This document shows, piece after piece, positions 33,019 to 41,624 of a stretch of 64,000 nucleotides of DNA (positions are counted from its first letter, which is position 1; every line of letters starts with the position of its first letter). The notes below the pieces were generated by a model. The model ran no database searches. It saw only the letters and a list, made by a program, of their open reading frames with translations, and was not told the origin of the DNA. The position numbers were made by a program, and so were the translations under genes. The DNA lies in sequence record ON529855.1. The stretch is one strand, 5' to 3'.

Positions 33019-33768
33019 CTAGGCCTCCTGGTTGCTCAGGGCGATGACCCGGTCCAGGCCGATGGCGACCTCGAACACCGTCAGGCTGTTCTTGGGCGTC
33101 GTGCCCAGATAGGGGTCGAACACCGGGAAGTCCGTGCGGCGCGAAGTCGAGGCGACCTCCTTCCACTCGGACTGACCGCCGCCGCGCCAGACGCCCTCGA
33201 TGTCGATCGTCTCGGTGGCGTAGCTGGGCAGGCGATCCGAAGGCACCAGGCGGGTGCGCTCGTTGATGATCGCCGCGATCTCCTCCTCCAACGCCTCGCG
33301 CAGCGCCGTGGCGTAGTCCGCATGGCTGTCGGCGCGGTAGATGCACTGGAATTCCAGTTGATAGAAGGCGTTGAAGCGCAGTTTCGCCGCCGTGGCGCCG
33401 TCGGCGGCCTCGGTGCGGAACGACAGACCGGCCTGCCACACGCACAGCGGCGGCTTGACGCCGGTCGCCTGGAGCAGGTGTTGCGCATAGAGGTAGGAGC
33501 CCGGCGTGGTTTCGGCCCGCAGCGCCCAGGTTTCGGCGTTCATCTCGCGGCGCAGCGAGAAGACGTCGTCGGCGTCATAGGCGTCCGAGAAGCCGGCGAG
33601 CGGCATGATGACCGGCGCCTCGACCCGTTCCAGGCGCCAGGACTGGTTCAGGTCCAGCAAGGTGCGTTCGACGCATCCCTTCAGTCGACCGATCGCCTGT
33701 TCGCGCTGCTGAATTTCCTTTTCGCTCCAGAATCGCAGACCTGCGATCGGATATAGCGCGCGACTCAT
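33019..33768 (-). CDS. class II aminoacyl-tRNA synthetase-like (GlyRS-like) catalytic domain without anticodon-binding domain (249 aa)
   Basis: LRAETTPG (LRPETAQG-like), motif 2 QAGLSFRTE...LRFNAFYQLEFQ, motif 3 FEVAIGLDRVI. Confidence 0.75.
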   Translation of the reverse strand: MSRALYPIAGLRFWSEKEIQQREQAIGRLKGCVERTLLDLNQSWRLERVEAPVIMPLAGFSDAYDADDVFSLRREMNAETWALRAETTPGSYLYAQHLLQATGVKPPLCVWQAGLSFRTEAADGATAAKLRFNAFYQLEFQCIYRADSHADYATALREALEEEIAAIINERTRLVPSDRLPSYATETIDIEGVWRGGGQSEWKEVASTSRRTDFPVFDPYLGTTPKNSLTVFEVAIGLDRVIALSNQEA

Positions 33769-33798
33769 GTCGGGCTCCTTCGTTTGACGTTGGCGGTG

Positions 33799-33828
33799 AC
33801 AGTAGCCGTCAGGATTGTTGACTGTCAA
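33799..33828 (-). promoter_or_regulatory. sigma70-like promoter; -35 lies within TTGAC-T-GTCAA palindrome
   Basis: TTGACA-N18-TACTGT. Confidence 0.55.
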
Positions 33829-33848
33829 GGCTTAGAGGGCGCCCGGCC

Positions 33849-34394
33849 CTACGACCAACGGGTCACCCGCACGTATTCGCGGGCCTGCGCGGGATCGCGT
33901 CCGGCCTTCAACCAGTCCTTCAGGATAAAGTCGGGCCGCAGCATCGGCCACTCCCGCGCCAGCCCCGCGACGGCGCCGTCGTCGAACGCCGCCTGATCCA
34001 TGGCGATGTAGCTGACGGGCAGGTGAAGGGATCGCGCCAGGTCGATCTCGCCGCGCACGCCCTCCGAGGCCAGGACCCCTGGCATGTCGATGACGCAGAT
34101 CGCATCGCACCGGGCCAGCAGCCGGCGGGAATAGTGCTGCCAGAACTCCCAGTTGCCGGGGATTTTATGCTTGCCGAGGATGGCGTGGTTCATCAGAGGC
34201 GACACCGGGAAGGTGTCGCCGGCCGTCAGCATGTCGGCGATCGTCTTGTCGAAGGCGCTCATCCGCGCGGCGATAATCACCGGGTCGGGGTCGCTGTAGG
34301 GCGCCGCGACATAGACGAGGGAGGCGCTTGGCGACGGCTTGGCGAAGTAGGGGTCGGCGATCTCTTCAGGCGTGGGGTATTGGATGTCGGTCAT
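33849..34394 (-). CDS. DUF1937/DUF4406-like (nucleoside deoxyribosyltransferase-fold) protein
   Basis: VYVAAPYS...SPL..H...W...L.RCDA......SEGV.GEI..A...LPV. Confidence 0.75.
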   Translation of the reverse strand: MTDIQYPTPEEIADPYFAKPSPSASLVYVAAPYSDPDPVIIAARMSAFDKTIADMLTAGDTFPVSPLMNHAILGKHKIPGNWEFWQHYSRRLLARCDAICVIDMPGVLASEGVRGEIDLARSLHLPVSYIAMDQAAFDDGAVAGLAREWPMLRPDFILKDWLKAGRDPAQAREYVRVTRWS

Positions 34395-34990
34395 GCTTCT
34401 TCAGGCTCCGGCCATACGATTTCATTGTGCATGACCTTGTCAAATTCATCCCAGGCCGCCTCGGGCGAGGCGTGCAGGGTGGGCGACCAATCGCCGCCGG
34501 CGTGGACCCGGTATCCCCCGTCTTCCGCCAGAACGGCCCAGCCGGTCCGATTCAGAGCCGGCATCGCCTGGGAGCGATCCACCAGCCGCGAGTGCACGAT
34601 CCCCTCGGGATTGAGGGCGGGGTCGTAATAGTTCCCGGCGAGGATGGCGCGGATGCGGTCGTCCGGTTTCAGCGGCTCACCGCGATCCAGCCGGCGCAGG
34701 ACGGCGCTGTCATGCTGCTGTTGCGAGAGCGGCGGCAGGGGCGTTTGTGTGATGGCGCCGATGCGTGCGACCCGCGCCTTTCCGATCGGGCGATCCAGGA
34801 TCGTCTTTTCACAAAAATCATCCGCCAGGACCTGGGCGCGATAGGCGTCGGCGCTGGCGCAGTCGATCTCGACGATGTGTTCGGTGGTGACGAAAATCCG
34901 GGCCTTGAAGGACCGAGGTCTGTCGAGAATGTCGTCGTACATGAAAAAAGGCCGCCTCCCTTGCAGGAGGCGACCTCTATCAAGCCGCAT
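34391..34990 (-). CDS. hypothetical protein (~183-199 aa)
   Basis: ORF; start may be ATG 34942 (MYDDIL). Confidence 0.6.
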   Translation of the reverse strand: MRLDRGRLLQGRRPFFMYDDILDRPRSFKARIFVTTEHIVEIDCASADAYRAQVLADDFCEKTILDRPIGKARVARIGAITQTPLPPLSQQQHDSAVLRRLDRGEPLKPDDRIRAILAGNYYDPALNPEGIVHSRLVDRSQAMPALNRTGWAVLAEDGGYRVHAGGDWSPTLHASPEAAWDEFDKVMHNEIVWPEPEEA

Positions 34991-35017
34991 TGACGTCTGT
35001 CAACGCTCGAAAGCTGA

Positions 35018-35257
35018 TTACGTCTGCGACGCCGTCGTGGTTTCGGCGCCCTGTTGCGCGGCGCCGAAGGTGACGCGGTCGCCGTCCTGGACCATGGAGA
35101 TGCCCTCGACGCCGATGGCCTGTTCCTGCTGCTCGCCGACCGGTTCCGCCTGCCCGATCTGACCCAGCGACAGCTTCGTGTCGTCCGGGAGGGCCTGAAG
35201 GCCCTGCTTGAGGTCGCCCACCGTCTTGAAAGTCGTCATGCCTTGGTCTTGCGCCAT
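35018..35257 (-). CDS. hypothetical protein (79 aa)
   Basis: SD AAGGA; TVGDLK..L..LPDD pattern common in small phage proteins. Confidence 0.6.
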   Translation of the reverse strand: MAQDQGMTTFKTVGDLKQGLQALPDDTKLSLGQIGQAEPVGEQQEQAIGVEGISMVQDGDRVTFGAAQQGAETTTASQT

Positions 35258-35280
35258 GGTGTGGTCCTTACGTCTAGGGG

Positions 35281-36528
35281 TTAGGCCGCGACCTGCTCCT
35301 CGGAGAGGCCCAGCAACCTGTTTTGGACCTCGGCGGGCGACAGAGGCAACTCGCTTTCGATGCTGCTCACGAAGGTGTGAGCGCAGCCCTCGGGGAAGAA
35401 GGTCTCGTACATCGTCGTCACCTCTTCGGCGCCGATGTGATCCAGGACGTAGCGACGGTCGATGCGGCCAGGCCGCATCAGGGCGGCGTCCAGGGTATCG
35501 GCGTGGTTGGAGGTGATGAAGAGCACCCGGCCGTCGCGCGCGCCGATGCCGTCGATCGCGTTCAGGATGCCTGACAGAGTGATGCCGCTCTTGGCCGCCT
35601 CGCCGCCGCTGTGCAGTTGGATCGGCGCTTCCTCGCTCGTTTGGCTGGAGGAACGCTCGCCGGCGGCCTTGACCGCATCGAAGTCCTCGACGACGACGAA
35701 GTTGGAGCCCGCCTGATTGATGGCCCGCTGTAGCTGGTTGTCGTTGTCCAGGGCCGCTGGATTGATGATGTAGACGGGCTTGGAGAAGTAGGAGGCCAGG
35801 GCGAAGATGAAGGTGGTCTTGCCGGTGCCGGGCGGCCCCTCGAACGAAAACCCGCGACGATAGGGAATGCCGCGCAGGGCGTACCACATACGACGCGCCA
35901 GGAAACGGGCGATGTCGGCGATGACGGCGGACTTGATCGCGGGGTCGAGGTAGACGGTGTCCATCGACCGTTTCGGGCGACGTTCGATCAGGCTGTAGTC
36001 GTGGCCCGCCCACAGATAGACCGGAATGGTGTTCTTGTCCTCTTCGACGGACTTGATCGACTCCAGCAGAAGACGCAGGACGTCATGGTTTCGACCTGGC
36101 GTGGTGATGGTGATCGACTGCTTGCGCCGCTTGGCCGCCGAGTAGGCGTCGGCCTCATCACCCTTGTCTTCGATATGGCGGTGCACGAACCAGAACCGCA
36201 TGCCGTTGCGCAGCAGATGGAATCCGGCGCCGGGCGACAGGTTGAAGTCTTCCTTGTCGTTGGCCCGGTCGTACCAGGCCGCGACGCCGAAACGACGCGA
36301 ATGCTTGGCGTCGGGGTGCTTGGACAGCCACAGGTCGACGAAGCGGAAAACGGTGTCTTCGGAATAGACCGTCAGGGTGGTGGTGAACTGGGCCTTGATG
36401 AAGCCCAGAAGCTTCAGCGGCACCGACTTGGCCTGCATCAGGACCCAGCCGGTGATCGCCAGGGTCAATCCGCCGCCCACCAGCGGATTGCTGCTCAAAA
36501 ACGTCGTGATAGACTCGAACATGGGCAC
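35281..36528 (-). CDS. BCS1-like AAA+ ATPase with N-terminal TM helix
   Basis: TM, BCS1_N-like region, GIPYRRG..FEGPPGTGKT, ITLSGILNAIDG, ITSNH...LDAALMRPGRID. Confidence 0.9.
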   Translation of the reverse strand: MPMFESITTFLSSNPLVGGGLTLAITGWVLMQAKSVPLKLLGFIKAQFTTTLTVYSEDTVFRFVDLWLSKHPDAKHSRRFGVAAWYDRANDKEDFNLSPGAGFHLLRNGMRFWFVHRHIEDKGDEADAYSAAKRRKQSITITTPGRNHDVLRLLLESIKSVEEDKNTIPVYLWAGHDYSLIERRPKRSMDTVYLDPAIKSAVIADIARFLARRMWYALRGIPYRRGFSFEGPPGTGKTTFIFALASYFSKPVYIINPAALDNDNQLQRAINQAGSNFVVVEDFDAVKAAGERSSSQTSEEAPIQLHSGGEAAKSGITLSGILNAIDGIGARDGRVLFITSNHADTLDAALMRPGRIDRRYVLDHIGAEEVTTMYETFFPEGCAHTFVSSIESELPLSPAEVQNRLLGLSEEQVAA

Positions 36529-36555
36529 TCGGGGAAGATGAGGGATCGTCCGCGA

Positions 36556-36584
36556 GTGTTAATGTGACTGGCACAGAGTGTCAA
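36556..36584 (-). promoter_or_regulatory. sigma70-like promoter for BCS1-like gene
   Basis: TTGACA-N17-TAACAC. Confidence 0.65.
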
Positions 36585-36596
36585 GTTTTACGGCAC

Positions 36597-37067
36597 TCAT
36601 TCGGCCTTGTTGATGCCCCAGCGTTCGATGCGCGAGTTCAGCCCCGACACCGTCAGCCCCAGTTTTTTCGCCGCCTCCTTCTTGTTTGGCGCGGCGTCCA
36701 GGGCCGTCACGGTCTCCGAATAGAGGCGCTCATCCCGATCGCTGCGGGTCAGGGTGTCCTCGATCCCGTAGCGGCGCAGGCGCGAGTTCAGGCCGGACAC
36801 GGTCAACTTGAGCGCGCGCGCGGCTTCGACCCGCGTTCGGGCGCTCGCCAGGGCCGCCTCGGTCTTCTTGATCATCTCCTGCTGGTCAGGCGTCGGGGTG
36901 AAGGCGATAGGTTGGGCGGCGTGCGACAGGTCCGGAGCCCGTTCGGCGATAATCTGACTGACCCGCATGCGTGAAATGCCGAAATGCCGCGCGGCATCCG
37001 CCGGGATGAAACCCTGACGGACATAGGCGACGACGGCGTCGCTGTCGACGGTGGAGGGACGGGCCAT
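36597..37067 (-). CDS. multi-HTH DNA-binding protein (156 aa; one N-terminal HTH and two Fis-like HTH repeats)
   Basis: EAARALKLTVSGLNSRLRRYGI and EAAKKLGLTVSGLNSRIERWGI. Confidence 0.75.
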   Translation of the reverse strand: MARPSTVDSDAVVAYVRQGFIPADAARHFGISRMRVSQIIAERAPDLSHAAQPIAFTPTPDQQEMIKKTEAALASARTRVEAARALKLTVSGLNSRLRRYGIEDTLTRSDRDERLYSETVTALDAAPNKKEAAKKLGLTVSGLNSRIERWGINKAE

Positions 37068-37068
37068 A

Positions 37069-37407
37069 TTAGGTCTCCTGGAGCAGACGGCGGGCGTAGG
37101 CGCGCGCGTCTTCGTTAGTCGCCGGCAAGCCGGCGTATTCTTCGGCCGAGATCGGCGCGATGGTGATGATGGAGTCGGCGAACCCCGCCATGGTCTTGGG
37201 GGACCATTCGCGGTAGAGCCCGTCGGGGCTGTTGGCGACAGGTTGATAGCGCTCGGACGGCCGCGCATCGATTGAGGCGTAACCGGCCTTGGACACCCTG
37301 GTCACCTGGGCGCGGCGCACCAGCATGACCTTGCCCCGGTTGCCGCCCCAGGCCCGGACCGAGGTCAACTTGACGAAATCACCCTTCTTCAGCATGTGCT
37401 CGTCCAT
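37069..37407 (-). CDS. hypothetical protein (112 aa)
   Basis: TGATG coupling. Confidence 0.65.
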   Translation of the reverse strand: MDEHMLKKGDFVKLTSVRAWGGNRGKVMLVRRAQVTRVSKAGYASIDARPSERYQPVANSPDGLYREWSPKTMAGFADSIITIAPISAEEYAGLPATNEDARAYARRLLQET

Positions 37408-38828
37408 CAGATGAGGCTGCCCGGTTGGAACTCGTCGTAGACGGCGCGGGTCAGCACGGTTTCAGGTTTGCCGTCCATCTTGGACAGGGCGTGTTTTTTG
37501 ATCGTCGCCTTGATCCGGTAATGCTTGCCGGCCTGCGGTCGTTGCTCGCCGGTCGCGAAATGGACGCAGCGGCTGCCGTCGTCGCCCAGGATCGCCACGA
37601 CGGTCTTGGGTCCGAACTGGCTGGGGATCACGGTGCAGCGCTCGATCCTGCCCGTGAAGGCGTAGCGGCCGCCTTCGTCGCCCTTCAGATGCTTCGGTTC
37701 AGGACGGGCCTGGGCGATCGCCGCGTCTTCCCGGCGCTGCAACGAGCGGCCGACGAACATGGCGACGCCGGCCAGGATGATGTTGTAGCGCTTGTTGCGC
37801 GCGTATTCGCACGACAGAGCGATACGCAGGTTCTCACCGAAATCCCCAGACGCCTTCTCGACATAGTCGACCAGCGCCAGCAGATCGAGCGGCTCCTTGA
37901 GCGGATGCGCCTTGTGCCAATCGCGCGCCTCCTTGAAGCGACGGTCGTAGCGGGGGTTCAGATCGATCGCGCCACGCAGGGCGAGGACGTCGTCGCGCAG
38001 GGCATCGCGGATGTCGCGACCATAGCCGCCGTAGCGGACCGCCGCCTGATAGACGTCGCGGACCAGGCCTTCGACCCAGAAATGGGTGGCGTGGGCGCCG
38101 CCCCAGGCGTCGCTGTCGACCCGATCGCCGACGAGGGACGAGCGCACGGCTTCGCGCGCCAGGATGTCGTTGGCTTCCAGCCCCAGGAAGTCGCGCGAGC
38201 ATTGGCGGCCGATCACCAGGCGACGCCCATCGGTGGTCTCCACCAGGAAGGAGGCGCGGCGGTCGCGTTTGTGGCCGCAATGGTCGCAGTCGCGCCAACG
38301 CGGCAGATAGGGCTCAAGGTCAGCGGGATCGGCTCCGTTCAGGGCGTGGCGATAGACCTGGACGTTGTCCTCGGCCATTTCGAAGGCGCCGATCAGTTTC
38401 GCGTTCTCGCCGGCGACGGCGGGCGCCTCTATGGTGATCAGGACCTGACGGATCATCAAGGGGCGGCCCAAGCGATCCCGCCGGAAGCGGTTCTCTACGA
38501 AGGTTTCTTCCGTGTGGACGATGTCGACCGTCTGGTTGTAGCGCTTCATGCGCTTGTCCAGCTTGGCGACTGCCTTGACCACATCGGCCTCGGCGCCGTC
38601 GTCGCACGTCAGGACGAACCGCTGACGACCGACAGGGGCGCCCTCGACCAGACAGACGCGATGATGGCGATGGGGTTCCGGAGGGTTCTCGCGGCGCTCC
38701 GCCTCGATCCAGGCCTCGACATAGTTGGGATCGTCGAACGGATCGGCGCCAGCGGATTCGAACGCCGCCGCGACGGTCTCACCCTCGCGGTGTTCCAGTT
38801 CGGCTCTCCAGTCCTCGGCGTCGTACAT
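37407..38828 (-). CDS. conserved-type phage protein with Zn motif and C-terminal OB-fold-like domain (473 aa)
   Basis: CDHCGHKRDR...IGRQC; C-terminal beta-rich FTGRI...SQFG....I.ATIKKH....ETVLTR; SD GAGGAGG. Confidence 0.7.
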   Translation of the reverse strand: MYDAEDWRAELEHREGETVAAAFESAGADPFDDPNYVEAWIEAERRENPPEPHRHHRVCLVEGAPVGRQRFVLTCDDGAEADVVKAVAKLDKRMKRYNQTVDIVHTEETFVENRFRRDRLGRPLMIRQVLITIEAPAVAGENAKLIGAFEMAEDNVQVYRHALNGADPADLEPYLPRWRDCDHCGHKRDRRASFLVETTDGRRLVIGRQCSRDFLGLEANDILAREAVRSSLVGDRVDSDAWGGAHATHFWVEGLVRDVYQAAVRYGGYGRDIRDALRDDVLALRGAIDLNPRYDRRFKEARDWHKAHPLKEPLDLLALVDYVEKASGDFGENLRIALSCEYARNKRYNIILAGVAMFVGRSLQRREDAAIAQARPEPKHLKGDEGGRYAFTGRIERCTVIPSQFGPKTVVAILGDDGSRCVHFATGEQRPQAGKHYRIKATIKKHALSKMDGKPETVLTRAVYDEFQPGSLI

Positions 38829-38853
38829 GGCGTCCTCCTCGTGTCTGGGGAGG

Positions 38854-38882
38854 TGTGTAAAGGAACTAACTGCGGAAGTCAA
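38854..38882 (-). promoter_or_regulatory. phage promoter with TTCCTTTACA motif
   Basis: TTGACT-N17-TACACA. Confidence 0.75.
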
Positions 38883-38884
38883 CA

Positions 38885-39631
38885 CTAGCGAAGCACGCGG
38901 TCCGCGTAGAGGCATTTGGCGTTGAACATCGACGCTGGCGCGCGCAAGGCTGACCCGCCGCGACTGTCGAACACGAACAGACCCGCTGAAGGGGCCTCCC
39001 CCGCGCCGCTGTAGAAACCGTAGCCGCAGGCGATGAAGTTAACGCCATCGACGGCCACCAGATACAGACGAGCGAACTCTACCTCTCGACCCGTTGCGCG
39101 GGTCACGGCGCGCGCCACCTGTTCCATCCGTTCCTCAGGCGATACGGACGATAGCGGCCCCCAGGAGAGACGTTGGCGCGTCGCGCCTTCGTTCGCATAG
39201 ACAGAGGTGATGCGCGGGTTGGTCATCGAAGCGCCCCAACCGCCGACATCGGACGGCAGGGCGAACCACGGCGTATCCACGCCCCGACCGACCCGGACCA
39301 GAGTCTCGCGCACGCGCTCGTCGAGGAGGCAGGCGCGCGCCAAGTCCCGGTCCAGAAAGCGACAGCCGGCCTGCCCTTCTTGGATCAGTCGTATGACCCT
39401 AGCCTCTTCGCCAGGAAGCCAACCCCGCACCACGGGCGGGATGTCGACTAGACGTTCTACCATCAGATTGCGCGGCTCCAGCAAATAGGCGCGCACGTCA
39501 GGATCAGCGCGACAGGCGTCGGACAGGGCCGGCTCGACGTACTCGCAGGTTTCGGGGTCGCCGGCGCGGGCGTCGGACGCCAGCAGACTGGCCCACAACC
39601 AGGCCAAGGCGATCGCGATGATGAGGCGCAT
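38885..39631 (-). CDS. secreted/periplasmic hypothetical protein (248 aa)
   Basis: Signal peptide MRLIIAIALAWLWASLLASDARA; several Cys. Confidence 0.65.
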   Translation of the reverse strand: MRLIIAIALAWLWASLLASDARAGDPETCEYVEPALSDACRADPDVRAYLLEPRNLMVERLVDIPPVVRGWLPGEEARVIRLIQEGQAGCRFLDRDLARACLLDERVRETLVRVGRGVDTPWFALPSDVGGWGASMTNPRITSVYANEGATRQRLSWGPLSSVSPEERMEQVARAVTRATGREVEFARLYLVAVDGVNFIACGYGFYSGAGEAPSAGLFVFDSRGGSALRAPASMFNAKCLYADRVLR

Positions 39632-39640
39632 CCTGATCTC

Positions 39641-39868
39641 CTACAGCCGCGTGTGTTCGACGTCGCCGTTGGCGTGGAAGGTCCAGGCGTTTAGCCCGAA
39701 CCATTTCGGATTGTCCGCGTCCTGTTTCTGATGCTCCACGGTGATTTCAGGCGCGCAGTTCACCGGCAGCTTGCGCTTGGCGTAGGCGAAGGCCAGACCC
39801 TTGCGCTGGAAGGGGTGGTCAGTATACCGCCCTTCCTCAGGACAGACGGTGACGACAAAACGCTCCAT
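39641..39868 (-). CDS. hypothetical protein (75 aa)
   Basis: TGATG coupling. Confidence 0.65.
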   Translation of the reverse strand: MERFVVTVCPEEGRYTDHPFQRKGLAFAYAKRKLPVNCAPEITVEHQKQDADNPKWFGLNAWTFHANGDVEHTRL

Positions 39869-40428
39869 CAGGCCGGCACCAGGCCCCGGAAGGTCAAGGA
39901 GATTCGCGGGCCGATGTCACGGCCTTCCACCTTGGGGATCGCGTGCAGATGGGTCTGCTGCATGCCGGGGCGCATGATCAGCAAAGAGCCCGATTCCAGG
40001 AACATGCGCTCTGGATGCGCGCCCTTCACGTTGCGCTTGAAGGCGATGTCGCGTCCTTCACCCAGGGTGATCACGGCGATCGGGCGGTTATGATCGATCT
40101 TGGGATCGTCGTCGGCGTGCCAGCCCAGGCCGTCAGACCCGTTGTGGTAGAGGTTCAGGAAGCACCCCTCCAGACGCACGCCGGCCTCGACCTCGATCTG
40201 GTCGCGGCAGACGTCGATGAAGGGGTGGCTGGGGCGCGCCTCATAGGTCCGGCGCCCAGGCCCTTCACCATAGGTGTAATCGCGCTCGAAGGTGTTGGTC
40301 CAGTATTCCGAACGCGGCGCGGTCTCCCGGCGCTCCCAGGCCAGACCGTCGCGCAGCATGAGGAAGGCGGCGTCCCGGATGGGCTCGCTGATGAAATCAT
40401 CGAAATACACCACGGGGGCGTCAGACAT
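39868..40428 (-). CDS. AlkB-family 2OG-Fe(II) dioxygenase (ALKBH2/3-like)
   Basis: LNLYHNGSDGLGWHADDD, LESGSLLIM, HLHAIPK, RISLTFR. Confidence 0.9.
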   Translation of the reverse strand: MSDAPVVYFDDFISEPIRDAAFLMLRDGLAWERRETAPRSEYWTNTFERDYTYGEGPGRRTYEARPSHPFIDVCRDQIEVEAGVRLEGCFLNLYHNGSDGLGWHADDDPKIDHNRPIAVITLGEGRDIAFKRNVKGAHPERMFLESGSLLIMRPGMQQTHLHAIPKVEGRDIGPRISLTFRGLVPA

Positions 40429-40512
40429 GGGGACCTCCTAATGCAACTGAAGCGGGTGTCGTAGCGGGCGAGAGTTCCGTTTGTCAACACTCTCGCGCCA
40501 GAGGGAAACTAC

Positions 40513-41565
40513 TTAGTCCGGCGCGTCATTGCCCGTAACGACGTCAGACCGGGGAGGGTTCAACGCCATCAGGACCGTTTTACCGATGCTCAAGGGGTCG
40601 ACGCCGGACGCCAGGGCGTCGTGCAGGCGGGCGCCCAGGGCGCGCTCGCCCAGACGTTGCATGGCGAAGTCGACATGGGCGTCGATCTCGCTCTTGGCGT
40701 TCTCGCTCATTTCGGTGATCGCCTCGTGGGCCTGTTCGGCCACATAGGGCATGTTGGCGGTGAACTCGCGCTCGGCCTTGCTCAACTTCTCCAGCACCTC
40801 GTTGAGGTCGCCCTTGCGCACGGGTCCGGCGCCCAGCAGAACTTCAAGCGCCTGCCGGGCCTGGGTGAGGCCCTCGGCCGCCGAGGACGCCTTCTTGGTG
40901 ATGGCGGCCCGGAAGGTTTCCTCGTCGTGCTTGTGGCGCTCGGGAACGCGGGGCGTCATGAAGTCTCCGGTCTGGGGGTCGCGGTAGCGTCGCAGGGTGC
41001 AAGGCACGCTGCCGGTGTTGAACGACGACATCAGCCGCGCCCACTGGACCTCGCTCATCTCGATACGCACGACGTTGCGGTTTTCAAGCACCCGGTCGCC
41101 GGCGTCGCGTTTGATCAGTTGGGCGGTGTTGATCTCCAGGGCGATCGCATGTCCCTGGGGGTAGTCGACCATGAACAGGTCCGTATCGCCCGACACCCGG
41201 CCCACCGAGACCGCGCCGAAGGAGGCGTGTTCGATTTCGTAGCCGTGCAGGTCCGGATCGCGCACGTCGATCTCAATGATCTTGGAGGGATCGTCGATGT
41301 CGTCCCAGCGCGACAGCAGACTGCCGCTGTTGTTACGGGCGACGAAAACCGTGCGCGGTTCGGAAAGCACCAGGGCGTTGAGTTTGTCGTTGGCTGAAAC
41401 CCCGCCGTAGTTCTGGAAGTCGTGGGGCTTGATGCCCAGGAGGCCACAGGCCTCCTTCTGGGTCGGAGCCGCGACGTAGCAGTGCGCCTGGTTGTGGTGC
41501 GGCGACACCGCTTTCAGACGCGGATCGGTCTTCATATACCAGTAGACGTGCAGGCGTTCGGTCAT
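40513..41565 (-). CDS. hypothetical protein (350 aa)
   Basis: SD GGAGG; start ATG 41565. Confidence 0.75.
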   Translation of the reverse strand: MTERLHVYWYMKTDPRLKAVSPHHNQAHCYVAAPTQKEACGLLGIKPHDFQNYGGVSANDKLNALVLSEPRTVFVARNNSGSLLSRWDDIDDPSKIIEIDVRDPDLHGYEIEHASFGAVSVGRVSGDTDLFMVDYPQGHAIALEINTAQLIKRDAGDRVLENRNVVRIEMSEVQWARLMSSFNTGSVPCTLRRYRDPQTGDFMTPRVPERHKHDEETFRAAITKKASSAAEGLTQARQALEVLLGAGPVRKGDLNEVLEKLSKAEREFTANMPYVAEQAHEAITEMSENAKSEIDAHVDFAMQRLGERALGARLHDALASGVDPLSIGKTVLMALNPPRSDVVTGNDAPD

Positions 41566-41595
41566 CGGGTCCTCCGGGGTGTCGTCGTCGTGATT

Positions 41596-41624
41596 TTTGT
41601 AAAGGAATGTTTTGCCGAGGTCAA
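41596..41624 (-). promoter_or_regulatory. phage promoter with CATTCCTTTACA motif
   Basis: TTGACC-N17-TACAAA. Confidence 0.75.
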
